Part shown: piece by piece, positions 25,224 through 35,725 of the stretch
Layout of the letters: each line of letters begins with the position of its first letter
Position numbering within the stretch: position 1 is the stretch's first letter
IMG/VR virus record: IMGVR_UViG_2061766007_000731
DNA: 45,612 bases
Direction: 5' to 3' (one strand)
From: an uncultured virus (IMG/VR IMGVR_UViG_2061766007_000731)
Lineage: Duplodnaviria > Heunggongvirae > Uroviricota > Caudoviricetes
Program-made: the position numbers and the translations under genes
The notes under the pieces: model-generated
Seen by the model: only the letters and a program-made list of their open reading frames with translations
Databases searched by the model: none
What the model was told of the DNA's origin: nothing

Positions 25224-25589
25224 TTAATAAACTATTATTCTATAAATAGATTGATGAAAATCAAATTGATATTCTTTTTCTAATAAATAATAAAATGTAC
25301 TAGAAATTGTAAATCTATGTTTTCCTATATATACAATCATCCAAAATTTATCATCGGTTGTAAAATATTTTAACAAGTCTTCATCTCTAAATTGAATAAG
25401 ATTGTCAACATTATCTGTATAATTTTCTTTTAACAGATAAATACGATTTACTATTTCATATTTATTAGGATCTAGAGTATCTAAAAATCTTTCTAATCTA
25501 TTATCTAACACCAGATCTTCTGGATTATCATGAGGTATATTTAAATACCAATGATTTCCAATCTTTTTAAAAACTAATTGTTTTAACAT
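25224..25589 (-). CDS. hypothetical protein
   Basis: Intact 121-aa ORF; Trp encoded only by TGG. Confidence 0.65.
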   Translation of the reverse strand: MLKQLVFKKIGNHWYLNIPHDNPEDLVLDNRLERFLDTLDPNKYEIVNRIYLLKENYTDNVDNLIQFRDEDLLKYFTTDDKFWMIVYIGKHRFTISSTFYYLLEKEYQFDFHQSIYRIIVY

Positions 25590-26028
25590 AATCTTCTGGT
25601 AGATTTAAACATTTTGCGGCATGTTGTGCTAACATATCAGCATAATTATTCATAACGTCTTTATCATGACCTTTAACTCAAACTAAAGTAACATTATGAA
25701 ATTTAATTAGATCTAAAAGTTCGTATCATAAATCTATATTCTTTTTTGTATAATCTTGATTATTAAATCAAGTTTCTACTCATCCTAACATAATAGAATT
25801 TACCACATATTGTGAATCAGAATATATAGTAATACTAATTTTTTCTTTAAATCATTTTAACGTATTAATTACAGCTAACAATTCCATACGATTATTAGTT
25901 GTATTAGTCATACCACAATATAGTTTTTTAATTATTTTATTGTTTTTTAATATTATAGATGCTCATCCACCAGTATTTATTTTTGGTTGATATGAACCAT
26001 CACAATATGCAATATAATTTTTACACAT
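25567..26028 (-). CDS. rnhA: ribonuclease HI (TGA=Trp)
   Basis: YCDGS...GG*A, TTNNRMEL, YSDSQYV, KNIDL*, *VKGH, N.YAD.LA; TGA occupies the conserved Trp sites (25726-25728, 25678-25680). Confidence 0.93.
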
Positions 26029-26052
26029 TCAATATTACATATAACTTATTTA

Positions 26053-26415
26053 TTAATCTTTAACGTTATAATATTTTAAGACTTCTTGTTCAATGTCTCT
26101 AGCGTTAGTAATAAATAATTTAGAAATTTTATCCTCTGGTTTAATATTTACAACGCGATACGGTTTATGAAGAGCTCTATGGTATGATATTTTTTGTCCT
26201 AATTTACGACGAAAATCGTCATTACTAGAACATTTTGCAACACCATACGACATTGTTTTTTCCACATCATCATAAATGCCACAAATTGTTACACGAGGAA
26301 TGTTATCATAAGTTTGAATATTATTAATTTTTAAAATTAAATCTCTACTATCAACTGTAACCATTGCTATAGCACGACGTAAAGCACTGCCATAATAATA
26401 TTTTTCTTTTTTCAT
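26053..26415 (-). CDS. hypothetical protein
   Basis: Intact ORF containing YGVAKCS.NDDF.RKLG..IS. Confidence 0.65.
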   Translation of the reverse strand: MKKEKYYYGSALRRAIAMVTVDSRDLILKINNIQTYDNIPRVTICGIYDDVEKTMSYGVAKCSSNDDFRRKLGQKISYHRALHKPYRVVNIKPEDKISKLFITNARDIEQEVLKYYNVKD

Positions 26416-26427
26416 ATGTTATTTATT

Positions 26428-26727
26428 TTATGTACATTCAACTTCTACTAAAATTTCTTTAGTATTTTTATCACGATATATTTTAGTTATTTTATTATTA
26501 CTATCAAGACAATAACCTGGATAAATCATAGGGCCTCCATCAAAATCCAATCCTTCAATTTCATTATCGTTAGAATATAAAATTCTAAGATATGCGCCAA
26601 AGTTTGGATTATTTTCCCATTTACAAAATATTTGGTAAACTCCAATATTATCAGTTATTTGATATAATAATCTTAACTCTTTAATTTGTTGAGAAGGTCT
26701 TTCTCTTAATTCAAACGTTAAATTCAT
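26428..26727 (-). CDS. hypothetical protein
   Basis: ATG overlaps the GroEL stop; contains DFDGGPMI. Confidence 0.6.
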   Translation of the reverse strand: MNLTFELRERPSQQIKELRLLYQITDNIGVYQIFCKWENNPNFGAYLRILYSNDNEIEGLDFDGGPMIYPGYCLDSNNKITKIYRDKNTKEILVEVECT

Positions 26728-28266
26728 TAATTTATAATTATTTCTGGAACAATTGTACAATATGTACTTAAAAATAAACAAGTGGTAGATATTGCATTTT
26801 CCAATGCTAATCTAGCACATTTTGCAGGATCTATAATACCTTCTGCATACATATCTACAAATTCATTGATATTTGCATCATATCCAATGTTATTTGTAAG
26901 ATTTTTATATAATTTATTGGGTATTAATCCTGCGTTTTCAACTATTTTATTAAATGGAGCTATTAAACCAGCTTTTAAAACAGATTGAGCATAAGGTGAT
27001 ATAGCATTAACACTATTAATGTTTTTACACATATTATAAAATACTAACCCTCCTCCTGGAATAACACCCTCTTCTACAGCAGCTTTTGTTGCACATACAG
27101 CATCGTCTACTCGATCTTTTCTTTCACGAAGTTCTAACTCTGTAGTACCTCCAACAAAAATTGTACAAATACCTGAACTGAGTTTAGCGATACGTTCTTC
27201 TAAAAACTTAATTTTAAAAGAACCATTTAATTCAGAAGTATTTTTAATTTTATCTAATTCTGATTTAATTTCTTGAATTCGATCATTAACATTACCTTTA
27301 CCACCAATAATCGTTGTATTTTCTTTTGTAATAACAACTTTATTACAAGTACCAAGATAATTTAATTTTGTATCCGTTAGTTTTAAACCAGAATCATAGG
27401 ATATGTTATAACCTTCTGTCAATACCGCAATATCATCTAAAATTGATTTTCTATATTCACCAAACGATGGAGCTTTAACTAAACATCCTTTTATTCTTTT
27501 TTCTAAAACATTTAATTTAAATGTTTCANNNNNNNNNNNNNNNNNNNNNNNNNNNNNNNNNNNNNNNNNNNNNNNNNNNNNNNNNNNNNNNNNNNNNNNN
27601 NNNNNNNNNNNNNNNNTTGTCTAAATTACAAACATCTTTGATTCTATCTGTAACAAAATGAGGAGCCACATAGCCTTTATCAAACTGCATTCCATCAATA
27701 ATCTTAATTATTGTATCAATATTCTGTGATTGGTCTACATTAATAATTCCATCTTTGCCAATTTGTTTAAAAGCGTTATTTATTAATGTGCCTATAGAAT
27801 AATCATTATTAGCAGAAATTGTAGCAATGTTTAATATATCCTCATCTTTAATAGGAATTATATATTTTTTAAACTCATCTAATAAATCACTAATACTCTT
27901 TTGAATTTCTTGTTTCAATTTAATAGGATGTATTTTATCTTTTGCAATAAAATCCGCTGCTTTATTAATCATAGCTTGAGCCATAACTACAGAAGTAGTA
28001 GTATTATCACCAACTAGTCCAAGCATTGTTTCTGCAGCTTCTCGTATTAATTGCACACCTGCGTTTTCAGTTAAATCTTTAGTTTCAACATATTTTGCAA
28101 CAGTAACGCCATCCTTAGTAATTATTGGTTTTTTATCAATATCGCCAATAATTACACAATTTCCTTTTGGACCAAGTGTACATCCTACCGCATCTCCTAA
28201 TAAATTAATTCCACGTAAAAGTGATTTTTTAGCTTTATTACCAAATTTAACATCTTTACTAAACAT
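26727..28266 (-). CDS. groEL: chaperonin GroEL/Cpn60 homolog (spans N gap)
   Basis: TLGPKG, ITKDGVTVAK, GMQFDKGY, KAPSFG, VGGTTELEL.ERKDRVDDA..AT.AAVEEG..PGGG, GIIDP. Confidence 0.93.
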
Positions 28267-29369
28267 TAAAAGCCAATTTTTCTTTTAGGTTTATTACTAT
28301 AATCTTTATTATCAAAATTATAAATCTCTGCCAATGTCATAGATTTTGGATTATCAATTTTATATCCACGTTTCTCTAATAATTTCTTAGATTTTTCTGC
28401 GTCTAATTCTTTAAATTCATAATTAGCAAAACACCTACCCTTTCTAAGTAGTGCTTCATCAATCATATTCATATCTGCATTAAATGTACATATAAACTTA
28501 ATGTTAAATATATCAGATAATAATCCATCAGACATATTCAGTATATTCGCTATACCAGAACTAAAGAAATTAGCATCTGTTCTTTTTCTAAGAATTTGTT
28601 CACAATCTTCTAAAATGAATATACTATCTTTATTATCTAATAAAAATGAAACAAATTCTGGAGAACCAAGATGTTCTGCAATTTGATTCGTAATAAATAC
28701 ATAGTGTTTTGGTGTAGAAACAATTAAATGTTTTATTAAGCTAGTTTTACCAGTTCCAACATCACCTCTTAATAAAATTAGTCCACTTTCTCTTCTATTA
28801 ATAAAATTAACTATATCGTCATATACTGGTAAAAAATCATCATTATAATTTTCTTTAACGTTAACATTAATAGTGTTTATTTCAGATGTAATGTTGTAAT
28901 ATTCTCCTTGACTATAAGCAACTAGATCAATTTCTTTACTTTTAGGTTGATACTTACTTAATGGTAAAATACTCATTAATTTTTCATATAAAGGAATAGG
29001 ATCTTGATTGTAATACATTATAGTAATACTGTGTGCATCCATAATATAAAATACATCATTATCGTATATTACAATATTTAAAGAATACCATTTACCATGA
29101 ACATAAATACAATCTTTTAAATTTTCACTATCTTCAAATTCTTCAATATTTTCGTTTTGATTATCGTCTGTAATAAATTGTACATATTGAATAATTGCTT
29201 CCGGATAATGTTCTTCTAAAATTTTAGGATTAAAGTTTTTTAAATCAATACTTATGTCTGAAAATTTATGTATATATTTTAATGGAGGGTGATTATTAAC
29301 AATCAAATAAGCTTTTAATAATCCAATCTCGCCATTAGAATAAGCATCTATCCAATTAATTTCTTTCAT
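28266..29369 (-). CDS. AAA+ ATPase
   Basis: Walker A GDVGTGKT, Walker B ILED, ILNMSDGL, IDEALLRKGR, C-terminal RKIGF. Confidence 0.88.
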   Translation of the reverse strand: MKEINWIDAYSNGEIGLLKAYLIVNNHPPLKYIHKFSDISIDLKNFNPKILEEHYPEAIIQYVQFITDDNQNENIEEFEDSENLKDCIYVHGKWYSLNIVIYDNDVFYIMDAHSITIMYYNQDPIPLYEKLMSILPLSKYQPKSKEIDLVAYSQGEYYNITSEINTINVNVKENYNDDFLPVYDDIVNFINRRESGLILLRGDVGTGKTSLIKHLIVSTPKHYVFITNQIAEHLGSPEFVSFLLDNKDSIFILEDCEQILRKRTDANFFSSGIANILNMSDGLLSDIFNIKFICTFNADMNMIDEALLRKGRCFANYEFKELDAEKSKKLLEKRGYKIDNPKSMTLAEIYNFDNKDYSNKPKRKIGF

Positions 29370-29826
29370 AATTAATTTAAGTTTATATTTAATATTTTTG
29401 CCACATTATAAATTATANNNNNNNNNNNNNNNNNNNNNNNNNNNNNNNNNNNNNNNNNNNNNNNNNNNNNNNNNNNNNNNNNNNNNNNNNNNNNNTAAAA
29501 TTTGTTAAGCCAAATTCATCTAAATCATACTCTTTATTATTAGATGTTTTTAATAATCCAATAAGTCGTCGTTCGTTTAAATTTTGTTGAGATTTTAACT
29601 TATTTTTATTATCATCGACTTCTANNNNNNNNNNNNNNNNNNNNNNNNNNNNNNNNNNNNNNNNNNNNNNNNNNNNNNNNNATACGTGCAATGATTCTTT
29701 TTTAATAATATAACACATTTATCAAAATCTGTAATATTATCATATCCATCTAATATACCATATTGATTTTGTATTCTATCTAAATGTGGTTTATAATTCA
29801 TCTATCTGTATATTCATTTTACATCG

Positions 29827-29900
29827 CCCCCACGTTTCGATTCGAACAAAAATCTAATTGTTTTGAAGACAATTGCATTAGCCAATTATGCTACATGGGG
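29827..29900 (-). tRNA. opal suppressor tRNA, anticodon UCA (probably Trp-accepting)
   Basis: Acceptor CCCCAUG/CGUGGGG with G73; anticodon stem AUUGU/ACAAU and loop CU-UCA-AA; T loop UUCGAAU; short variable loop; CCA not encoded. Confidence 0.9.
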
Positions 29901-29913
29901 TAGGCCATACCAA

Positions 29914-30873
29914 TTATTTATAATAACTTTCGAATTCATTAATACTTTGAATTTCGTATTCAACATTTTTACGAAATTCGTTTAAGTTATGACATCCTGT
30001 GAGTGACATAGAACTTCTTAAAGCTGCTTCAAATGCAATAGCAAATTGTGATAAATTTGTATCTACTGTTACACAAGTTACTATACCTTCTGGTTGTCTA
30101 ATAACCTTACCAAATAAATCTATTTGACCAGCTTCCGAAGCCATTCCGTAATAAGCTCTTTTCTTTGGAGATTGTTCGACTATATCACCGCAAGCTTCTT
30201 CACATTTAGCAAACATTTTGCCCATCATTACATAATCTGCTCCTAAAGCAAGACATTTAATAGCCTTATCGATAGTATCTATACCGCCATCAATCACTAC
30301 TTTTGGACATTTATCGCTTTGAAGAACTGCTTTAGCTGAACGAATATTACGCAGCATATATTCATGACTAGCATGAACCGCTGTTAAAACAGATGTTGTA
30401 CAAGCATTACCACCACCAATACCTATCCTAACATAATCTACACCAGCATTAAAACATTCAATATACATTTGAGGATGGGCAATATTGCCAACCATAATTG
30501 TTAAATCTGGATATAAACCTTTAGCTTTACGAACGGCATTATATAATCTTTCCATATGACCATCTGCAATATCAATTAAAATATGTAATTGATCAAGATC
30601 ATATTTCATAAATACATTCTCAAAATCATCCAGAGAACAAGCAATCCAATCATCAGGAGTAATATAATTAGGCATTATATTTCTAGGAACAATTGGAATA
30701 AATTTAGAATGTTTAAATCTTATGTAATTATCGTCATCAATGATACATGTCATTGGAGAAACAAAAATCGGAAGCTTTCCATTTTCATCAAATGGATTGA
30801 CTTCCGATCTATGATTAATATCAACTGGAGTTGCACTGGCTAACAGTGAAACTTCATCTAAACTATACATCAT
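29914..30873 (-). CDS. IMP dehydrogenase / GMP reductase family protein (no CBS domains)
   Basis: SPM, IDIADGH, VGNIA, RIGIGGGNACTT, DGGI, KCLALGADYVMMG, YYGMAS, EG. Confidence 0.88.
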   Translation of the reverse strand: MMYSLDEVSLLASATPVDINHRSEVNPFDENGKLPIFVSPMTCIIDDDNYIRFKHSKFIPIVPRNIMPNYITPDDWIACSLDDFENVFMKYDLDQLHILIDIADGHMERLYNAVRKAKGLYPDLTIMVGNIAHPQMYIECFNAGVDYVRIGIGGGNACTTSVLTAVHASHEYMLRNIRSAKAVLQSDKCPKVVIDGGIDTIDKAIKCLALGADYVMMGKMFAKCEEACGDIVEQSPKKRAYYGMASEAGQIDLFGKVIRQPEGIVTCVTVDTNLSQFAIAFEAALRSSMSLTGCHNLNEFRKNVEYEIQSINEFESYYK

Positions 30874-31159
30874 ACATCTATAATATTAATGTTTTATTAT
30901 TTTGTGTTAATTCTGTTCTATCTAGAGGTCGTATAATCTCAAATTCTGCGTACTGTAACGCATTATCTTTATCTGTATATACTACATATATAATATTAGA
31001 TTTATTTCCATACACTCATCCGTCAAATAAATCATCTTCAATTTTTATCTTAACATCATCAAAAGTTTTAATATTTCCGATATTTTTCTTAATGAATGTT
31101 TTTTGGTTATCTAATACTTTTAATTTTTTGTTAAATAATTTTTTTAATATATTCATATT

Positions 31160-31748
31160 TTAACCATCTAAGCACTCAAAATATAGCAAAGTGGGATTAT
31201 TTTTATGAATATCGATATCAGGAAATTTCTCACCAAATAATGTAGTATTAAATGGTCTCATAATTAAATGTACTCCATGAGCNNNNNNNNNNNNNNNNNN
31301 NNNNNNNNNNNNNNNNNNNNNNNTTTAGGATCACACCAAATTTCAATAAAATTTAAAATATCTACAGTTTTTTCTACATTTTTGCCGTCTAAGTCTACTA
31401 TAAACTTTTTATCTTTAGATATATAAGATTTACCACATGCTGTTGAATATGCACCCTTAAGACCTACTATATTATTACCAGATAAATACATATCTGTAGT
31501 AACTCTTAACATCATATTTGCAACTTCTTTAAAACTTCTTTTAGTTGGATGAATATAAGCTCTTGCGTTTAAAGCATGACAAATAGATTTTATTTCTTCT
31601 TCTTTATCTATTAGTTCTTTAACAGATCTTATTGTATAATATTTGACTAATCTATTTTTATTATTACCATTCATTCCAACCTCTTTATGTCCATCTTTTC
31701 CTCTTATTAAAATTTGTACGAAATAAAATTCATCCTCGTTATTAAATT
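31160..31748 (-). CDS. hypothetical protein (5' part in N gap)
   Basis: FYFVQILIRGKDG...NARAYI...FIVDLD...HGVHLIMRPF...HKNNPTLLY. Confidence 0.6.
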
Positions 31749-32271
31749 NNNNNNNNNNNNNNNNNNNNNNNNNNNNNNNNNNNNNNNNNNNNNNNNNNNN
31801 NNNNNNNNNNNNNNNNNNNNNNNNNNNNNNNNNNNNNNNNNNNNNNNNNNNNNNNNNNNNNNNNNNNNNNNNNNNNNNNNNNNNNNNNNNNNNNNNNNNN
31901 NNNNNNNNNNNNNNNNNNNNNNNNNNNNNNNNNNNNNNNNNNNNNNNNNNNNNNNNNNNNNNNNNNNNNNNNNNNNNNNNNNNNNNNNNNNNNNNNNNNN
32001 NNNNNNNNNNNNNNNNNNNNNNNNNNNNNNNNNNNNNNNNNNNNNNNNNNNNNNNNNNNNNNNNNNNNNNNNNNNNNNNNNNNNNNNNNNNNNNNNNNNN
32101 NNNNNNNNNNNNNNNNNNNNNNNNNNNNNNNNNNNNNNNNNNNNNNNNNNNNNNNNNNNNNNNNNNNNNNNNNNNNNNNNNNNNNNNNNNNNNNNNNNNN
32201 NNNNNNNNNNNNNNNNNNNNNNNNNNNNNNNNNNNNNNNNNNNNNNNNNNNNNNNNNNNNNNNNNNNNNNN

Positions 32272-32670
32272 AGACGGCCAATTTTCAATATATCCATCAG
32301 AATTAATTGTAAAACATAACATTTCACCATTATCAATTAAATCTAGTTTCAAATATTCTGGAATATTTTCAATATCTGCAAATATTTCATTATATGTATT
32401 TGATAAATAAATACATATATGTGATTTTAATTGAAAATTAATAATAGCTCTTATTCCTTTTGGCCAACAAACTACTTGACCAGTTTCAAGAATAATTCTA
32501 GGATTCCATTCAAAACCAGATCTTTTGTAAGTTAAAAATGGAAGATTTTTAATTGTTTGTGCTGTAGAAGATACGTTATTTATTCTACATTGACTAAGAT
32601 CTTCTAATTCAAACTTACAATCAACATATTTGATTTCATATGTTTTTGTTAGTGTTTTTGTTAGTTCCAT
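32272..32670 (-). CDS. hypothetical protein (3' end in N gap)
   Basis: Open frame from the ATG at 32670. Confidence 0.55.
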
Positions 32671-32671
32671 A

Positions 32672-33526
32672 TTACATCCAACACTGTAAATTACAGTGAT
32701 TATCTATTTGATAATTTATTTTATTATTTATTTCTTCCCAACTAATTGGTGTAAAATTATTAAAATCTACTCCAACATCATACTGTGTAGGAAGATAGCA
32801 TTTGACAAATTCCGAATCAAATCCAGTATTGTTATTTCTAATATGTGTGTGTCCAGATAAAGCAAAATGTAATTGATCTTTTGGATATTTATCAGAATTC
32901 CAATGAGCAAAAGTTAAAAATGGAAAATGATTTAAATACACTGTACGACCATCTACGTTAATACGCATTTGATAGGTTACATAATCAAATAATAAATCTG
33001 TTCCTGTAGTTCTATTTTTATCATCCTTGTTGTTTAGTGTAAGTCGTTAATTTACACCCATATAGCTCATACTTCATTTAATATGAGAACTGACTATATC
33101 TTCACCCTTGACGTTACTCATTAGGGGCAGGGCATTTGGAGTCACTTGACTCTACTTCCATTTCAGGAATAGTCGATGAACCTTCTGTATTATCTACAGC
33201 TTGGCTGCTGATTACCATCTCAGGCTTTCCAGCAATTAACCCTGTTTCACTTAATGATTTCTCATTAAGAGCACAAATTATTTATGATTACCTACAATTA
33301 GTATAATATGACCATTAAGTTGATCTCTAATTTCTTTCCATTTTGGAAATCCTCCAAAAACAAAATCACCAAGATGAAACACAGTATCATCTGGTCCAAT
33401 AACAGAATTCCAATTATTAATTAAAGTTTGATCATGTTCTTCTATTGTATTAAACGGACGATTACAGAATTCTAAAATTTTAGAATGTTTAAAGTGGGTA
33501 TCGGACGTAAACCACAATCCATTACC
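32672..33526 (-). CDS. calcineurin-like metallophosphoesterase, 2 exons (>33526-33284, 33025-32672)
   Basis: FTSDTHF, HLGDF, GNH^D, LNHFP, GHTH, DVGVD. Confidence 0.88.
33026..33283 (-). mobile_element. ORF-less group I intron (258 nt) in the GNHD motif
   Basis: AATTGCTGGAA, AATCAGCAGCCAAG, TTCATCGACTA, AAGATATAGTC; exon ends in U, intron ends in G, frame is restored. Confidence 0.92.
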
Positions 33527-33904
33527 NNNNNNNNNNNNNNNNNNNNNNNNNNNNNNNNNNNNNNNNNNNNNNNNNNNNNNNNNNNNNNNNNNNNNNNNNN
33601 NNNNNNNNNNNNNNNNNNNNNNNNNNNNNNNNNNNNNNNNNNNNNNNNNNNNNNNNTCATAATCATCGTAGTCAGATAGACAACGACCATCCTTATATAC
33701 GTAATAATGTCTATTACATTCCATAATATTCCTTAATAGTTATAGAACCTGGATAATAATATCTACGAATACCATTAGGTTTTATTTCAACATAGCCCAT
33801 AAATTTACCATCAACTAAATATAAGTTAACTTCAATTTCTTTATTATCTGATTTGCGATATGCTTTCATAAATGATGTTTTAGTTAATAAATTAAGTTAA
33901 TATT

Positions 33905-33981
33905 TGGTTAAATGATGAGATTCGAACTCACTACCTGAAGAACCACAATCTTCCGCTCTAACCAAATGAGCTACATCCAAC
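33905..33981 (-). tRNA. tRNA-His(GUG)
   Basis: G-1:C73; anticodon arm GAAGA-UUGUGGU-UCUUC; GTTCGAATC. Confidence 0.9.
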
Positions 33982-33986
33982 ATATA

Positions 33987-34076
33987 TGGCGGAAATGCTC
34001 GGTTCCGACCCGAATTCAATAAAATCGAACGATCTGCTTAGCAGGCAGTCCCTATTCCTTATAGGTTGCTATTTCC
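33987..34076 (-). tRNA. tRNA-Ser(GCU), atypical D/T arms
   Basis: CUGC-CUGCUAA-GCAG, long variable arm, GCCA end. Confidence 0.8.
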
Positions 34077-34078
34077 AA

Positions 34079-34165
34079 TGCGGTAGGCATCCTAGTCGAA
34101 AAGAATCCTCAAAAGGACCAACTGTTTTCAAGACAGTGCTTGCAATCCCTGCAAGTTTACCTACC
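34079..34165 (-). tRNA. tRNA-Ser(UGA), atypical D/T arms
   Basis: ACUGU-CUUGAAA-ACAGU, long variable arm, acceptor GGUAGGU/GCCUACC, G73. Confidence 0.8.
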
Positions 34166-34171
34166 AAAAAC

Positions 34172-34873
34172 CTAAATATTAAGAATTAAGGGTTCGTATG
34201 TAATATGATAATTTTCATCCTTTAATGATACATTTACTAGCTTAGTATTATTATGTATACTAATATTATGATCTCCAGAATGAACATGCCCAAAGAAATG
34301 ATATTTAGGATTTAAATAATTAATAGCATCTGCCAATTCTTGACAACCGTAGTCCGCACCAGTATTAAACATATTTTCTTGTAAAACAGTACCACATGTA
34401 CCAAATTTTGGAGGGCAGTGTGTTAATAATATATCACAATTTGGATAAATTAAACCAAATTTGTCATTAAGCTTTTTATGATCTCCATAAAAAGCCCATC
34501 TCTTTAAATCTGGACACCAAGGAGTTCCATAAATAATTTTACCTTTATAAGAATATTCATTATCACAAAGATAAACTAATTTATTATTGTCTATTCTAGA
34601 TGTTAATAATTGTTCTTTAACTTCCCAAGCATCGTGAAAATGTTTTGGACCAAGCTCATCCATAAAGAAATCATGATTTCCTGCAATAAATATAACTTTA
34701 TCACATTTTAACTTATCCGTCCATGGAAGGAAAGATAATAAAAACCACGAAACACTTTTAATTATATCATTTTGATATTGCAATGGGACAATATCTCCAC
34801 AAATGCATACTAAATCACACTCTGGTAATTCTGGTAAATACCCGTGTAAATCACTAATCGCTATTATTTTCAT
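34172..34873 (-). CDS. metallophosphoesterase
   Basis: ISDLHG, CGDI, AGNHD, LLTHCPP, FGHVH. Confidence 0.88.
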   Translation of the reverse strand: MKIIAISDLHGYLPELPECDLVCICGDIVPLQYQNDIIKSVSWFLLSFLPWTDKLKCDKVIFIAGNHDFFMDELGPKHFHDAWEVKEQLLTSRIDNNKLVYLCDNEYSYKGKIIYGTPWCPDLKRWAFYGDHKKLNDKFGLIYPNCDILLTHCPPKFGTCGTVLQENMFNTGADYGCQELADAINYLNPKYHFFGHVHSGDHNISIHNNTKLVNVSLKDENYHITYEPLILNI

Positions 34874-35054
34874 GAACTGTAATATTAGGACGATTAAATA
34901 TAATATCTGCACAAACTAATAACGCTACACTTTGACTAAAACTTAAATCAAAATTTAAAATGCCGTTACCAATCCACATTAAAACTAATGCACTAACAAG
35001 TAACACACCAATATATACCAATAATTTAACAAATAATAATACAAATCCTTCCAT
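34854..35054 (-). CDS. small membrane protein
   Basis: Two hydrophobic segments in 66 aa. Confidence 0.6.
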   Translation of the reverse strand: MEGFVLLFVKLLVYIGVLLVSALVLMWIGNGILNFDLSFSQSVALLVCADIIFNRPNITVHENNSD

Positions 35055-35725
35055 AATTAATCATAATAATCATACATTTTGTATAAATCTTCATAATATT
35101 CATCAGATCTATAATTACAACAATCGTCTTCGTGATAATCCTCAAATCGTGGGTGATGTGTAGATTGTGATTTAGTTACTTGAGTTTTACTACCTGTTGT
35201 TTGTTTAGGTTTAGATCTATGAAAAATATACTTATCATTTTCTAATAAGTTAACTACCTNNNNNNNNNNNNNNNNNNNNNNNNNNNNNNNNNNNNNNNNN
35301 NNNNNNNNNNNNNNNNNNNNNNNNNNNNNNNNNNNNNNNNNNNNNNNNNNNNNNNNNNNNNNNNNNNNNNNNNNNNNNNNNNNNNNNNNNNNNNNNNNNN
35401 NNNNNNNNNNNNNNNNNNNNNNNNNNNNNNNNNNNNNNNNNNNNNNNNNNNNNNNNNNNNNNNNNNNNNNNNNNNNNNNNNNNNNNNNNNNNNNNNNNNN
35501 NNNNNNNNNNNNNNNNNNNNNNNNNNNNNNNNNNNNNNNNNNNNNNNNNNNNNNNNNNNNNNNNNNNNNNNNNNNNNNNNNNNNNNNNNNNNNNNNNNNN
35601 NNNNNNNNNNNNNNNNNNNNNNNNNNNNNNNNNNNNNNNNNNNNNNNNNNNNNNNNNNNNNNNNNNNNNNNNNNNNNNNNNNNNNNNNNNNNNNNNNNNN
35701 NNNNNNNNNNNNNNNNNNNNNNNNN

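Noticed and set aside
2686..26028. Mass pseudogenisation of replication genes (many short ORF fragments)
   Set aside because: The breaks are in-frame TGA at Trp positions, intron boundaries or N gaps, and frames are otherwise preserved.
27422..27620. GroEL split by a recoded TGA or a frameshift
   Set aside because: The TGA at 27526 is out of the GroEL frame (ETFKLNV...KAPSFG continues); the break is due to N-gap length.
29827..29900. Selenocysteine tRNA interpretation of the UCA anticodon
   Set aside because: It has a 7-bp acceptor stem and short variable loop, and the TGAs map to Trp rather than Cys positions.
26727..30873. Host chromosomal DNA (groEL, guaB-like) indicating a prophage boundary or chimera
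   Set aside because: Same strand and AT content, overlapping start/stop codons with phage genes, divergent sequences, and no groES or integrase.
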